The position numbers were made by a program, and so were the translations under genes. A model generated the notes under the pieces. That model was given only the letters and a program-made list of their open reading frames with translations. It searched no databases and was not told the DNA's origin. From positions 372,001 to 436,000 of the forward strand of contig AP026152.1 of the NCBI GenBank assembly GCA_030295235.1: a DNA stretch of 64,000 nucleotides, written 5' to 3'. This document shows positions 51,601 through 63,086 of this stretch, piece by piece; the first letter of the stretch is position 1, and each line of letters opens with the position of its first letter. The DNA comes from Fistulifera solaris. Taxonomy: Eukaryota.

Positions 51601-51742
51601 TCCGCCTCACCTTGCTCGTGAACTACTCATCAAAACACGCCGACGAAAGGGTCTTTCGGAGGATGTCTCTATGAGCAAGTTCCTCGACGACGATATGCGC
51701 GCTCAATTGCAAGCTTTGCAAGAACAGGATAATATGGAATAA
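48698..51742 (+). CDS. EFTUD2: U5 snRNP GTPase Snu114/EFTUD2
   Basis: ELYDEFGNYIGP, GHLHHGKT, DTPGH, FQWATREGPLCEEP, SFGFETDLR, KTRRRKGL. Confidence 0.98.
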   Translation: MSDNDEELYDEFGNYIGPDLDSSSDEEDDSVPPAAPDDASDVSHDSMKDMVAREEAYAEPMKAIVLHEDKEHYASAEQVYGEEVRTAVLDEDAMDIETPIMEAETKKVLHVQGIPYEWNYSDDYLGAHFLNETTRNRRAIAIVGHLHHGKTSLMDLILEPTLQSGRWGPRASLDGKGPRYTDTLQTEHDRQMSLVSTPLTTLLTDTRGKSFCVTVLDTPGHPHFHDEAVAALRAVDAACVVVDVVEGIMMHTEMVVRQAIAEGLPLLLVLTKMDRLIVELKLTPRDSYFKLQHIIDEFNELVGRASRGRYPKVSPERGNVAFASSVHGWMFTLHSFAQVYLEHQANDDGLGQNLSIDDFALRLWGDAYLDPETGRFQRSPRDCSTNKVERTFVTFVLEPIYKIYSACLGEREADVNALLRSLGVLLKKDQLRASARPLLRAALSQFLQTAQHGFVDMVVQQCPHPAASAAGKIARNYTGPVVQEDDNNQDVRDDKYLKLYHAMKDCDPKGPLVMHAVKSYASADGQSFWTLARIYSGTVRPATSVQILGESYSPEDDDEDTAKCVIQGVAIPRGRFHTHVSVATAGNWVLLEGVDAHIAKTATIVEESYADVAHIFKPLSFPQVGGEAVMKLSIEPLNPAELPKMIEGLRRVSKAYPMARTRVEESGEHVVLGNGELYMDCMMHDLRHVYSDIEVKIADPMVAFRETVVESSALKCSAETSNKKNRLSLIAEPLDEGLAEELEAGKVKVAWEPKKFAKFFQTQYNWDLLSSRSVWAFGDSPTHGTNILLDDTLPSEVDKVLLNSCKSSIVQGFQWATREGPLCEEPVRGTKVKILDALLADKPIFRGGGQMIPTARRTVHAALLTASPRLLEPVLRLDIQCPGAIVSDLQSVLSRRRGHIVQDRPISGTTFYSVKGFLPMLDSFGFETDLRTFTQGQAMVFSAFDHWSVVPGDPLDKSIILHPLEPSPPPHLARELLIKTRRRKGLSEDVSMSKFLDDDMRAQLQALQEQDNME

Positions 51743-51853
51743 GAGAATATAATGTCGCAGCTAAAATTTTCTTTTTTTTACGAAAACGTTATTGTGTTAA
51801 GCAATCGTGGTTGTGATTGCTACTACTGTAGAAGAAAGAATAAAGCAACGACT

Positions 51854-52793
51854 TCACTTCAGAAATTCCTTTTGTGCTGTAACGACAATCTGACCCAACC
51901 ACAGCACTTGCAAAAGAGATAAGCCCGACAATGCCACCAGAAAGAAATAGAGCCAAAATTTGCGGTGCTTCAATTGCGGGTCGTCGGTTCGACGCAAGGC
52001 TTGCTGAACATCCCGACAAAAATAGTAGGAGACGTACGGCCACGCCAGGCATCGACAAAGGAGGAACAATAGAACAAATAGGACACCGACGATCAGTTTC
52101 AGGCGAGGGAATGCGTCGGCCAAACCGGGTATCCCCAATTCGAGATCGAAGTTGACCAAACAACACAAGGCGATGGTGGACAGTTCCGAATAACCGAAAA
52201 GAAGGGTGCATAATAGAGTCCGGTTTCGGTGGACCAACAACCGTACGCCGACAAGAGACTGAGAATGTGATGAAAGATCAGTTCCGGTTTATCGTTCCAC
52301 AGTATCGAATCCATCAAATCTTTGATTTGATAGTAGGTAAAAATAAAGCGACTCGATAGTGAGTCGGATAATAGGCATACAATCGTTGGGAATACTCGTC
52401 GGGATGCCATTTCTTTCCGTAAGGACTCGACGGTGACCGAATCGCACTGACACCGGCCCACACCATGATGATACAACAAAGAGCATCCACGCCGACATAT
52501 CGTGCCACGATTTGACGATGCTTTGCCGTTTGAAAGAGGACATGCGGATGCCACTGCAACAGAAACTGGACGGCGTGTTGACTGACGGTGAGGCAGGTCA
52601 AAAGAGGACACCGGTGAGCCACCGCGACGACCGATTCGGTCGTGTGTGATAAGCAGCTTCTCCGAGTAGTAATTGCCATGAAGGCTTGGAGACAGTCGTC
52701 TTCATCCTGATAGACCCTAGTTATCAGCAACAAGGGTTTCGATTGTTTCTGGAAAAATGATCGGTTTATGCGCGAACACGCCGCGAGGGTCAT
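51854..52793 (-). CDS. TLC-domain (TMEM56-like) membrane protein; fragmented ORFs
   Basis: YQIKDLMDSILWNDKPELIFHH, FGYSELST, multiple TM segments. Confidence 0.75.
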
Positions 52794-53132
52794 CTTTTGT
52801 TTGTTGTTTGCGAGAATGACCGCCAGTCAGTCGTGGAATTGAGTCACGCATGGTCCGAATCTTTTTGCTTTTTGTGCCGCCGGAAGCGGGGCGCGCTCGC
52901 TACTACTTTCTTACGCATACTACAGATTCCAAGGTACATTTTAAGCGTCGAGTGAGGACATGAGGAATGACGCAAAGAGTACAGCGAGAGATGCGAAGAA
53001 GAAGAAAAAGATTTTGCATGATGCCTGCTTCGCCTTTCAACGACAACAACATCCGTCGCGTCCATTCCATTTCTATTTCTTCTTCTTCTTCTTATTATTA
53101 TTTCTCTTCCTCTTCTTACACTCAAGAAAGCA

Positions 53133-54545
53133 ATGAACGCAACTATGTTGGCATTGCGTCGTTCTTTCGCCCGACCGCGCCTCACGGTGGGGGCCGTCCG
53201 TCATCTCAATGTGCACGAATATGTCTCCATGGAGATTATGCAAGCGCACGGCATCAAAACACCCAATTGCAGTGTCGCTAGTACTCCTGAAGAAGCCGAA
53301 CAAATCTTTGTACACAAATTGAACAAGCGTAAGTAAAAAGTGGTAAAGGATCGTTCGCTCGGTAGATTCGCAAGCTGACACGCACGCATTCGTTGTCTCT
53401 TTCTAGCCGGCACACCCTTGCAAGACGTGGTGATTAAAGCCCAAGTCCTTTCGGGAGGACGCGGCTTGGGTCATTTCAAAAGCGGCTTCAAAGGCGGTGT
53501 CCACATGGTCACGAAAGCGGGTCAGGCCCGTGACTTTGCCAAAAGCATGTTGGGAGAAGAACTCGTCACGAAACAAGCACCGAACGGCATTATCTGCAAC
53601 AAAGTATTGCTGATGGAACGCATGTACATGCGGAACGAAATGTATCTCAGTATTCTCATGGATCGGGCCAGTCAAGGACCTCTCATGGTGGCTAGTCCGC
53701 GGGGTGGGACGTCGATTGAAGATGTGGCGGCGACCAATCCGGAAGTCATCTTCACGCAACCGATTGATATTACCGTAGGTTTAACGGACGAACAGGCGCA
53801 GCGGATGGCGGGGAATCTCGGATTGGAGCCGGGTTCGGAAGGACATGCGCAAGCCGTGACTTTGATGAAGAATTTGTACAATATGTTCATTGCCTGTGAT
53901 TGCACGCAGGTCGAAGTCAATCCATTGGCGGAAACGCCCTCGGGAGACATTGTCGTGTGTGATGCCAAGGTCAACTTTGATGACAATGCCGAGTTTCGTC
54001 AAACGGGTATCTTTGCTCGACGCGATACGACACAAGAGGATCCGCGGGAAGTCGCCGCGAGTGAGTACGACTTGAATTACATTGGTCTCGATGGGAACAT
54101 TGGTTGCATGGTGAACGGCGCCGGCTTGGCCATGTCCACAATGGACATTATTCAACTCAAGGGTGGATCTCCGGCCAACTTTTTGGATGTCGGCGGTGGA
54201 GCTTCCGAACAACAAGTACAGAAAGCGTTCGAAATTCTCAATGCTGATCCCAAGGTCAAGGCCATCTTGGTTAACATCTTTGGTGGTATCATGCGCTGTG
54301 ATGTTATTGCGAACGGAATTTTGAATGCGGTCAAAGAAATTGGTATCAGCAAACCCATTGTCATTCGTTTGCAAGGAACGAATGTCGACAAGGCCAAGAC
54401 TTTAATTGAAGGATCGCCGTACCGCATGATTTTGGCGGATGACTTGGAAGCGGCGGCCGAAAAGGCCGTGGGTGTGGCGGAAATTGTCGCGCAGGCGGAA
54501 AAGATTGAGGTGGATGTCAAATTTGAAGGATTTAACAACTTGTAA
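53133..54545 (+). CDS. Succinyl-CoA ligase beta subunit, mitochondrial; intron 53329-53406
   Basis: RHLNVHEY, KAQVLSGGRGLG, MVNGAGLAM, PANFLDVGG, NIFGGIMRCD. Confidence 0.97.
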
Positions 54546-54719
54546 CATGATATGGTAGATATCTAGCAAAAGAATAACTTCTTTGCGTTGAATTGATTAA
54601 TCAGAAGATAATGATGTTACGAGCGAATATTCAAGGTTGAGGGTTATCACAGCACAACCCTAATTCCGTCAAAGGGAAAACATTTCGTCGGTACGGCAAG
54701 GAATGTATGTATGAAATTT

Positions 54720-55340
54720 TTATTGAGAAACAAACGTCACTTTCAAGATGGATTGACCCACTTTCATTTCGATGCCATCCTCCAAAGGATACGGTACATC
54801 GACTCGAACATCTTCGTCCCGAATCAATGTGCCATTCGATGAACCCGTATCTATGAAATAGAACGTCCCATTTTCTACCGTAAATTTGCCGTGCGTCGTC
54901 GAAACTTCCAAATCATGACAGAGAGAAACGCCATTTTGTTTGAATTTCTTCCCCTTGGATCGACCCAAGAGACACGGTTTGTTGGGTTTGGGTGTGACGA
55001 AAAAGGTGCTGCCGGCATGTTCTCCCGAGATGATATCGATTTTCAACATATCTTTGGCTCCTTTTTTGTCTTCCGCCAAGGGTTTGGAATTTTCGCAGTT
55101 CTCCATCATTTGTTCATGACAACTATACAACTCTCGTACACCGTCTTCCAGTTCCTGTCGCAAGACTTTTAGCGCCATTTCAGCTTTCTTATCTGTCTTG
55201 GCCAAGGCTTGCTGTAATACAAAGTTGAGAGCTTCTTCGACGGTGGATTTGCCGGTCGGAAACGGAACTGTAGCGTCAAACGATGCGTCAGAGACGGGTG
55301 TCAAGGCGGTTCGCGGAGCCGACGATGACACTTACCATCA
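54720..55340 (-). CDS. FHA-domain protein (start uncertain)
   Basis: LGRS...EVSTTHG...DTGSSNGT FHA motif. Confidence 0.85.
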
Positions 55341-55793
55341 TTCAATAACGTAGAAGTCATCTTATTTGTTGATTAATAGCAAATGATTGATTCGTATGGT
55401 TTATGTATCTCATCAATGATGCGGAGAGCCGACACATGAAAGAGAAAGAATAATGTGAGACGAGCGCATCTTTCACGTCCCCGCTATGTATAAAACGTGA
55501 ATGCTCTATAATGTTCTGGTGTATGTATATCAAGTAAAGGGTTACGCGCCGGCAAAACTTTCGACTATAGTTTATCATGTAGAAACCGTAGCGGAGCGAC
55601 ATGACCTGCTACGCTTTTGTTTTCCGCCGCCCCGCCCGCCTGTCGCGATGAAACCATGAAAACTTCTCCCCCGCACTTTCTTGTTGGACACTCCGCTGTG
55701 ATGAATCATCATTGAAACTAGCCATTTGTACTTGATCGCTCGCACAAACCGTGTGATTTTACAGATTCCAGACCGCGGTCAGCCGATGCAACC

Positions 55794-56315
55794 ATGAATC
55801 ATCACGCCATCAACGCCACCGCCGCCTTCTCGTACAGTATTGTTTGGACACCACTTCCTTTCATAACATGGATCTTTCCATTCATCGGTCATACTGGCAT
55901 GGCTGACTCCAAAGGGATTATTTCGGATTTTCAAGGTCCTTATTTTGTCGGAGATCGGGGTCACATGGCGTTTGGGGCTCCCACGAAAGTATTGAAAATT
56001 CGGTTCATTGAAGAAGACAATACGGAATTCTGTCACGCCTCACAATGGGATGAAGCAATCCAAGAAGCGAATGCTGTATACCGTGGGCGTATGCACAATT
56101 TGTTTTGCGACAATTGTCACTCGCACGTAGCGTATGCATTGAATCGAATGGCTGTCAAAGATTACGGTGTCGAAAAATGGGATATGGTGAAGATTGCTGT
56201 ACTCATATTTTTTCGGGGGCGTTTTGTTTCCTGGGGTGCCATGTTTCAGAGCTGGGGTCCTTTTCTTGTTATAGTAATGCTGATTTGGTTGATGAGGAGA
56301 TGGGGAAACAAATAA
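55794..56315 (+). CDS. TMEM222/RTE1 (DUF778) family protein
   Basis: IVWTPLP.ITW.FPFIGHTG, HNLFCDNCHSHVA. Confidence 0.93.
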   Translation: MNHHAINATAAFSYSIVWTPLPFITWIFPFIGHTGMADSKGIISDFQGPYFVGDRGHMAFGAPTKVLKIRFIEEDNTEFCHASQWDEAIQEANAVYRGRMHNLFCDNCHSHVAYALNRMAVKDYGVEKWDMVKIAVLIFFRGRFVSWGAMFQSWGPFLVIVMLIWLMRRWGNK

Positions 56316-56999
56316 GAGGATACGTTTGACTCTTTTATTACGCTGACGATGAAGTTTTCCTCATGTCTTTCTTCACCAGCGCACAGAAAGCAAAACACAC
56401 TCATAGGAAAATGGAAGTCGCGATTAAGCTTGCAAGTTACAGAAGTAGTAATTATAATCATCAGGGTGAATTAAGGCGAACATAGCGATGGTAATCTATA
56501 CATATCGAACCGCCCTTATAAGCGTATGACACACAATGAAAGCACAAAACACTGTTGCAGAAATTTTGGGGTTATCCGAACTGAACCTAGTCGACGAGGT
56601 TAAGTTTTCAGACACGAAACCAGATAGTCTTCTCGAAGCTCGAAAATGAGGCGTTTATGCTTAGGAGCTTTATGATAATTGCTCGGAATAGCAGCACATT
56701 TTCTCTGAAACAGTTTCGTTACATGATTCATAGAGGTTGAGACCCAAAAGCTTTTTTTTTCAATGTTATTGTTACACAGGAATGATGAATGATACTGCGG
56801 TATGAATTTTATACCACGACTTCTTTTTAGTCATGAATCGCCCCTACTTCTTCACCTATACTATAATCAGTACCAGTTCGACCACATCATATTTCTTCAA
56901 TATCACAAAAAAATCACCTACCGCTCATTTTCTCACATTTCCTCCCAAAATAAACATGTTAAAGCGAATACTAACATTTTGTTCCTTCGCAATAGCAAT

Positions 57000-58617
57000 A
57001 TGACTACAAACAAAGCTTCAGAAGTAACACCGCTTGTAAAGCGACGCAGGGATGAAGTGTTCAATGAAGAAGAACACATCTCCCGACAACTGGCGTTGGA
57101 AGAAACCAAGAATCTCATCCAATTGGCCGTTCCCACCGTCGGAATTCAAATAGGAGCCGTTGTTCCGCCACTTTTACTGACATCCTTCATAGGCCGCACG
57201 TACGGTTCCGTCCGTCTCGATGGATTTCTCCTCGCCAGTCTCACGGGGAATTTATTTACTTTGGCCTTATTACAAGGACTCTTTTCCGCATCGGACACGT
57301 TGTCACCGCAAGCATTTGGAGCCAACAATGAGCGTGAAGTGGGATTATTAGCGATGCGAGGGTTCTTGGGAAGCATGATGGTTATGATACCCATTAATGC
57401 CGTCCTCGTAACTGACATGGGTCCTATTCTGGAACACGTGGGCATCGACCCGGAAGTATCACATGATGCGTGGCAGTGGTACCGAATCTATATTCTTTCT
57501 TTACCGTTTTACGCTCTCTTTCAAGTGACTTGGAAATTTCTGTCGGCGCAAAGTGTTATGTTCCCATGCGTGGTAGCGGTCGGCGTGAGTAGTCTGCTGG
57601 TGTTGCCCGTAGCACTCGTGATGTGGACACATTTTGCGGATACTTGGGCACCGCTTGGGCCTTGGTTACGTATCAAGTGACAGAACCAATGCTGTTGCTC
57701 CTGTATATTTGGTGGAAACAACCGCACAGACCAGAAACGTGGCCAGGGCTGGCGTGCTGGAGAGATGCTTTGGAGGAACGACGCTTTTGGTCCTATATTG
57801 TAAGTCTATTGCGCTTGAAGTGTGGTACATTGAGCATGAATTATTCATCTGTATTGACTCGCACTAAATTTGTTGGCTACTCGATTCCGTCTAGGCACTC
57901 GGAGCTGGCGGGATTTTGGCGAGCTCTGAGTGGATTTACTGGGAGTCGCTAACACTCATGATTGGTACCATTGGAGTCGAAGCATTATCGATACATGCCA
58001 TTCCATCTTATGTCATCATGGTTATATTTATGTTTCCGTTGGGATTGGGAATCGCGTTGTCCATTCGGATGGGTCATACGTTGCCTCACAGTGTTTCGCG
58101 TACCCGAGAGCTCGCTTTCGGATGCTGGTGCATCAATGCGGTACTTTCCGGAGTCGTAGCTGTTGTGCTGCACATGACACGTCATCGTCTTTATCGCATT
58201 TTCACAAATGACCCCATCATTCAGCAAGGAGCAGACGAAGTATGGCCTCATGTGTGTATATTTCAGTTCGGATTGTGCATATTCGCGATCAACATGGGGT
58301 TAACGACTGGTCTTGGAATGCAATGGACGCTGGGTCTTGTCACTATCTTCTTTTTATGGATTCTTGGATTACCATCTGCCTATTACTTTGCAATTATCCG
58401 GGGAGGAGGACTACTGGCGGCCTGGCGATGCGTTTGGCCGCCCTATCTAGCCATTAACTTCGTTCTCATGCTGGCTGTATGGTGCAAGGATTGGGAGGAA
58501 ATTGCTATACAGATTCGTGCGCGAGAAGAATTGACAGAAATCAGTCCACTTACTCGCTCTAAGCAGCGACAAGAAGGAAAAATTGTTCAGCACTATGGAG
58601 CAGCATACGAGCGTTAG
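57000..58617 (+). CDS. MATE efflux transporter; intron 57800-57894; frameshift near 57633
   Basis: DTLSPQAFGA, KFLSAQ, TWPG, EWIYWE, SIRMGHTL, DWEEIA. Confidence 0.92.
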
Positions 58618-58891
58618 CTGAGTCGGACGGTGACGACCAAACTCTAGTATGACGTCATGGGCTGCTTTCTGTCGTACCATGTCAAGACTATAGCCTTAAT
58701 AGTAAAGGTAGGCAGGACCGGTACTAACATTCCCTCTTTCGCCGACACCACCACGAATTCAACCGTGCACCATTCACCATTCATTCATCATATTCATCAT
58801 TCATTTTACAAATCAACTTCACCTTCGTCGTTAAAAGAAGATATTTTGTTTGTCAAATACTGAAAGCTCCGGCCAGTGCTTTGCAACCAAA

Positions 58892-60437
58892 ATGGGAAAA
58901 CCAGAGTTCAAGTAAGTGGCAACTGCGGGCCCGCGAAGAAAAATTATTCCGTTTAAAAACACTCATTCCGTCAGTATTGTCTCGTCACGTCAATTTCTTT
59001 CAGTGTCTTTCGGGATTTTCTTTCCGGTACCATCATGGCGGCCACATCGGTTCCCCAGTTAATTGCTTATGCCGAGACGGTTGGTTATGCCGGATATCGA
59101 GGTTTGGCTACGGCTGGGCCGCCACTTATTGCATGGGGCGTGGTGACAGGAAGCCCGTTTATGAATGCTGGAGTGACTAGTATTACTGCTTTAATGGCAA
59201 AATCCGATTTAAAAGGCGAGCAATTTGTACAGGAACATGGAGAAGAAGCGTATGTGCTGTTAGTGGCTACCTATTCCTTGTGCATTGGTATCGCATCCGT
59301 GTTCTTGGCTCTGGCCGGTTTCGGGAAATTGGCGCAACTCGTACCTGTCTGCGTCCGCCGTGGCTTTAAATGGGGCTGTGCTATAGGGGTGCTTGTGGCA
59401 GCCATTCCCAATGGATTCTTTTTGAAGGGTGGGAGTGATTTGAAACAACTGGTGGCTTCTTCTGATTTCATTCGAGACAATATTGCCAAACCATTACAAG
59501 GAAATTTACCGGGCGCCATCAGTGTCGCACACTGTTTGTATGCACTGACTCATCCTTGGGAGTGGGGGCTAGCACCAGCTGCAATGTTCGTTTTTGGAAC
59601 TGCTTTTGTCATGAAAGGCCCCACCTATTTGCCCAAAGCTCTCCCACCGGGGTCTGAGGTTATTATCGTAACGGCCCTTGCTACTGCTTATAGTGTTTAT
59701 ACCAGCTACGAAGGCGCTGTCGTGGGTGAAATTCCTACATTAGACCCAGATGCAGGACTGTCCTTTTTCAAGGGAAGATTCGTATACCGGTTGAATTTGT
59801 GAGCATTTCCGACCTGATTGGCAACATTCCCATACTCGTCGGACGATTTGGAGGCTCGTTCATAATGCTCGCTTTGTCAAGTGTGATCTTTGCGGCAGTT
59901 AACTTTTTGTCGATTATGGGAATCGCTTCAGGGTTTGAGAGCGAAGATGGAATCGAATGGAGCGCCGAACGGGAAATGATATCACAAGGCGTCAGTTGCG
60001 GAGTGGCAGCTGCCGTTGGTTCCGCCCCTGTCTCAGGTAGTTTATCGCGCTCTCTGGTTTCCAGAATGACAGGAACAACCAGTCAACTCGCTTGCATCAT
60101 TACAGCCTTAGAGTGGATCTATTTACAGCCGTACATGAGCATTATGTCGCCCACTCCCAAAGCGGCTCTGAGCGCAGTGATTGCGAGTGCCGTCATCCAA
60201 GGGGTATGCGTTCCAAAAGATTTGCTTAAGATGAGTGGCGTCGATGCTTTGGTGGGGTGGGGCACCGGTTTCGCTACCGCTCTGTCCAGTCCAACACAGG
60301 GTTTTGCAGCTGGGCTTGTGCTGTACGCAGCAACGCTAATTCTCCGGCAAGGGGGGAGGCAAAAGGGAGAAGAAGGACTAATAAACGGTGTACAGTGTGG
60401 CCAGTACGGAATCTCCGTACACTTTATTGCTAGCTAA
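58892..60437 (+). CDS. SulP/SLC26 anion transporter TM domain, no STAS; intron 58912-59003; frameshift(s)
   Basis: RDFLSGTIMAATSVPQLIAYA, REMISQG, SGSLSRS, PTPKAALSAVI. Confidence 0.88.
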
Positions 60438-60450
60438 ACTATAATCTGCA

Positions 60451-61963
60451 CTATTCCTTTGTCACCATGCTCGCATTAAAATCAAATCCAGATCGTGGCA
60501 CAACGAGCTCCATAAGATCATCCGCAAAAAGCACACGCGTTCCTTTTCTCTTGATTTGTCGGTTCGCTTCGGCGATTCGAGCTCTCACGGATGACGCGTT
60601 TCGAACCGTCGGACTATGATGCACCAATGCCAGCACATGCGGATTCACTTCGTTCACAAACATACCGGCCATGGCGGCAGACGAATGTCCTCCAATCATC
60701 ACTTTGGCGTCAGAGTTCTCTTCGGAAAGCGTATTTTCATGAAGTATCACGTCAGCGCCTCGGCATAAATTTGCCATGACTTGAGGTACAGCATAGCAGT
60801 CGCCCAGAATAGCGAGCTTCCTGGGCTTGCCTTTTTCACCTATCATTACCTCCTCAGGCTGAATCATACGACTCTCGTCATCCGATAGAACGGGAAAGCC
60901 CCACTTGAGTGCTTTATACTTCCTGCTAGGTTTCAGCCCTATACTAGTGGCTTTCTCGCTATCAATGTTAATGGATTGTGTTTTCGGTTCTTCCACAACA
61001 TAACCCACGCATTGAAGTTTGGGCGTGTGCTCTACTTCGGCTGCTGTAATATACAGTCCACGATAGCGCGATGAATGAGTTCGCTCGGCCTCTTCTACGG
61101 TATTTACCTCGGGTGGAGTCATGATCGTCCACGTGCCATCGGCATTTTTGGGAATCGACTTCCGTATAAGGCCACGATGTCGAAACTCGGAAAAATTCTT
61201 TTGCACTCCAGGATGCCTCCATCGACAAGATCCACCCATGAGCTCGTATACTTCTACTCGTAGAATCTTTAGCTCAGCCGCACCCAAACTCAAAGTCGTT
61301 GCAATAAAATTATGCAATCCAACGGGACCGTATATCTGTATAGTCTTGTCTTCTAATTGCTGTACTGAAGCTATTACTTGAAGAAAAAGGAGAAGGCCTG
61401 GAAGTCCAAAAACGTGATCTCCATGAAGATGGGTAACTACTGTCCTTGTGAGATGGAAAATGAATGACCGTACAAAAACGACAGATCGACTTACTGAATA
61501 TCTTCTCAATTTCTCCCAGATTTACGGACGACATCATCAACTGACGTTGTACTCCATCTCCTGCATCAAACAGAAACGTTTTGCCTCCCATCCGGAGTGC
61601 TGAAGATGTTTGACTGCGAAACGGCGACAAGGACGCACCCGTTCCCAAAAAAGCAACGGTAAATCCCGAATCGAGGTGTGCCAGATGATCATCCGTACAA
61701 CCCGATACGCGAACGTACGGTTTCAAGTCCGGATGGAGAACGACTCCGGCTTCGTCGATCCTCATTGTCCCGGGAACTTGGAATTCCGAGACGGCGGCGG
61801 ACTTGGGTAAAGACCGCGAATGCGTACTGTGCAGAGATCTTCGATCAATTTTCATAGAAACGCCACCGTTTACTGCTGTTGCGGCGAAAGTGTTACAGAC
61901 TGGTCGGATAGAACACTCCCGAGGTCGTATTCGTGAACGAAAAACACACGCAAAGCGCTGCAT
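60451..61963 (-). CDS. tRNase Z (short form, metallo-beta-lactamase) with organelle-type presequence; intron ~61437-61494
   Basis: FLGTGAS, LFDAGDG, THLHGDHVFG, ILGDC, ADVILHE, GHS, LVHHS. Confidence 0.92.
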
Positions 61964-63086
61964 TCTTGATTTGATTTTGACTCTCACAAAAAATGAGAGA
62001 CAAAATACTAATAATCTTACGAAGATACGAAATACACCCCACTTCAACAACCTTTTGTATAACAAATGCAACAACGAAAAAGAGATAACTTCGTCAGAAT
62101 GTAATGGTTATCGTATCAACGCTGCCGATGGGAAAAGAATGAAGAAGTTATGTTTTTGTTATTTTTTTTTGTTTTTCGTTTGCGTTTTGTTGTCGCGATC
62201 GTCCAATGATTTCCTGCTGTCGCAGAGGTTTTACCTGCGCGATTGACTGCCAGTCGTGCGTAGAGAACGGCGGTCATCGTCATTCGCAATCGTCCATCGT
62301 GTCATCAACCAGCTGTCCGTTGAGCTGTCTCAGCTCCTATGTATCATACTGGCACGCGTGAGCGTACTTAATAGGAAACAACCGCAGCGACTGGACACAC
62401 GATCGAATGCTATCGAACTTCAGAGCCACGTTGCGCCCCGTAGACTTTTGTACGGATCCGAAATAGCGGGAAAACTCACTCGAGGAAAAGTTTTTCTCTT
62501 TCGTCGCTTTCGTCGTCTCCTCTCGCTTCGTTCACAACACAGCTCGCCTCGTGCTGTTGCTGTGTGTGACTTGGTTGTTCTCCTTTGCTTTCTTTTTCAA
62601 TAGGGCCACCATTGCCCTCTCTTAATTATATTCTCATTTTTAAAAACAAAATTGTGAGTTGTAGTAGTTAATGGTGAACGCGTTGCAATGATAGAGACGA
62701 ACTCTTCCATTTTGTTCGGTTGCCTGCGGTGTTAGTGCGTAAAGGAGTACCGACGGACAGGCGAACGAAGAGTCAACACGGCAAAAAAGTCGCTGTTTGT
62801 TTCCTCAGCGCATTCTTGTCTTGCATTTCTTCCTATTGCTCATTCTTTGATTATGCATTCTTTGCTTTAACAGTAAGGATTAATTAAAAAGACAGCAAAC
62901 TAGGGAACAGTCGGGGAAGTCTCACTCCTCTTTAGGGAGTCATCTTGCTTTTCGCGTCCTTGTTGGACTTTTTTCGGAAATAGGCACCGAAATCGACAGC
63001 TTGTTATCTACTTTACGATCGCCGAGAAAAAGTTGAACTTGCCTGGTTCTGCATTTTTCATCAATATCGAAAAGTTCTGCTTGTTT

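Noticed and set aside
53079..53117. TCT/TAT microsatellite-like tract
   Set aside because: Short low-complexity 5'-UTR sequence; unremarkable.
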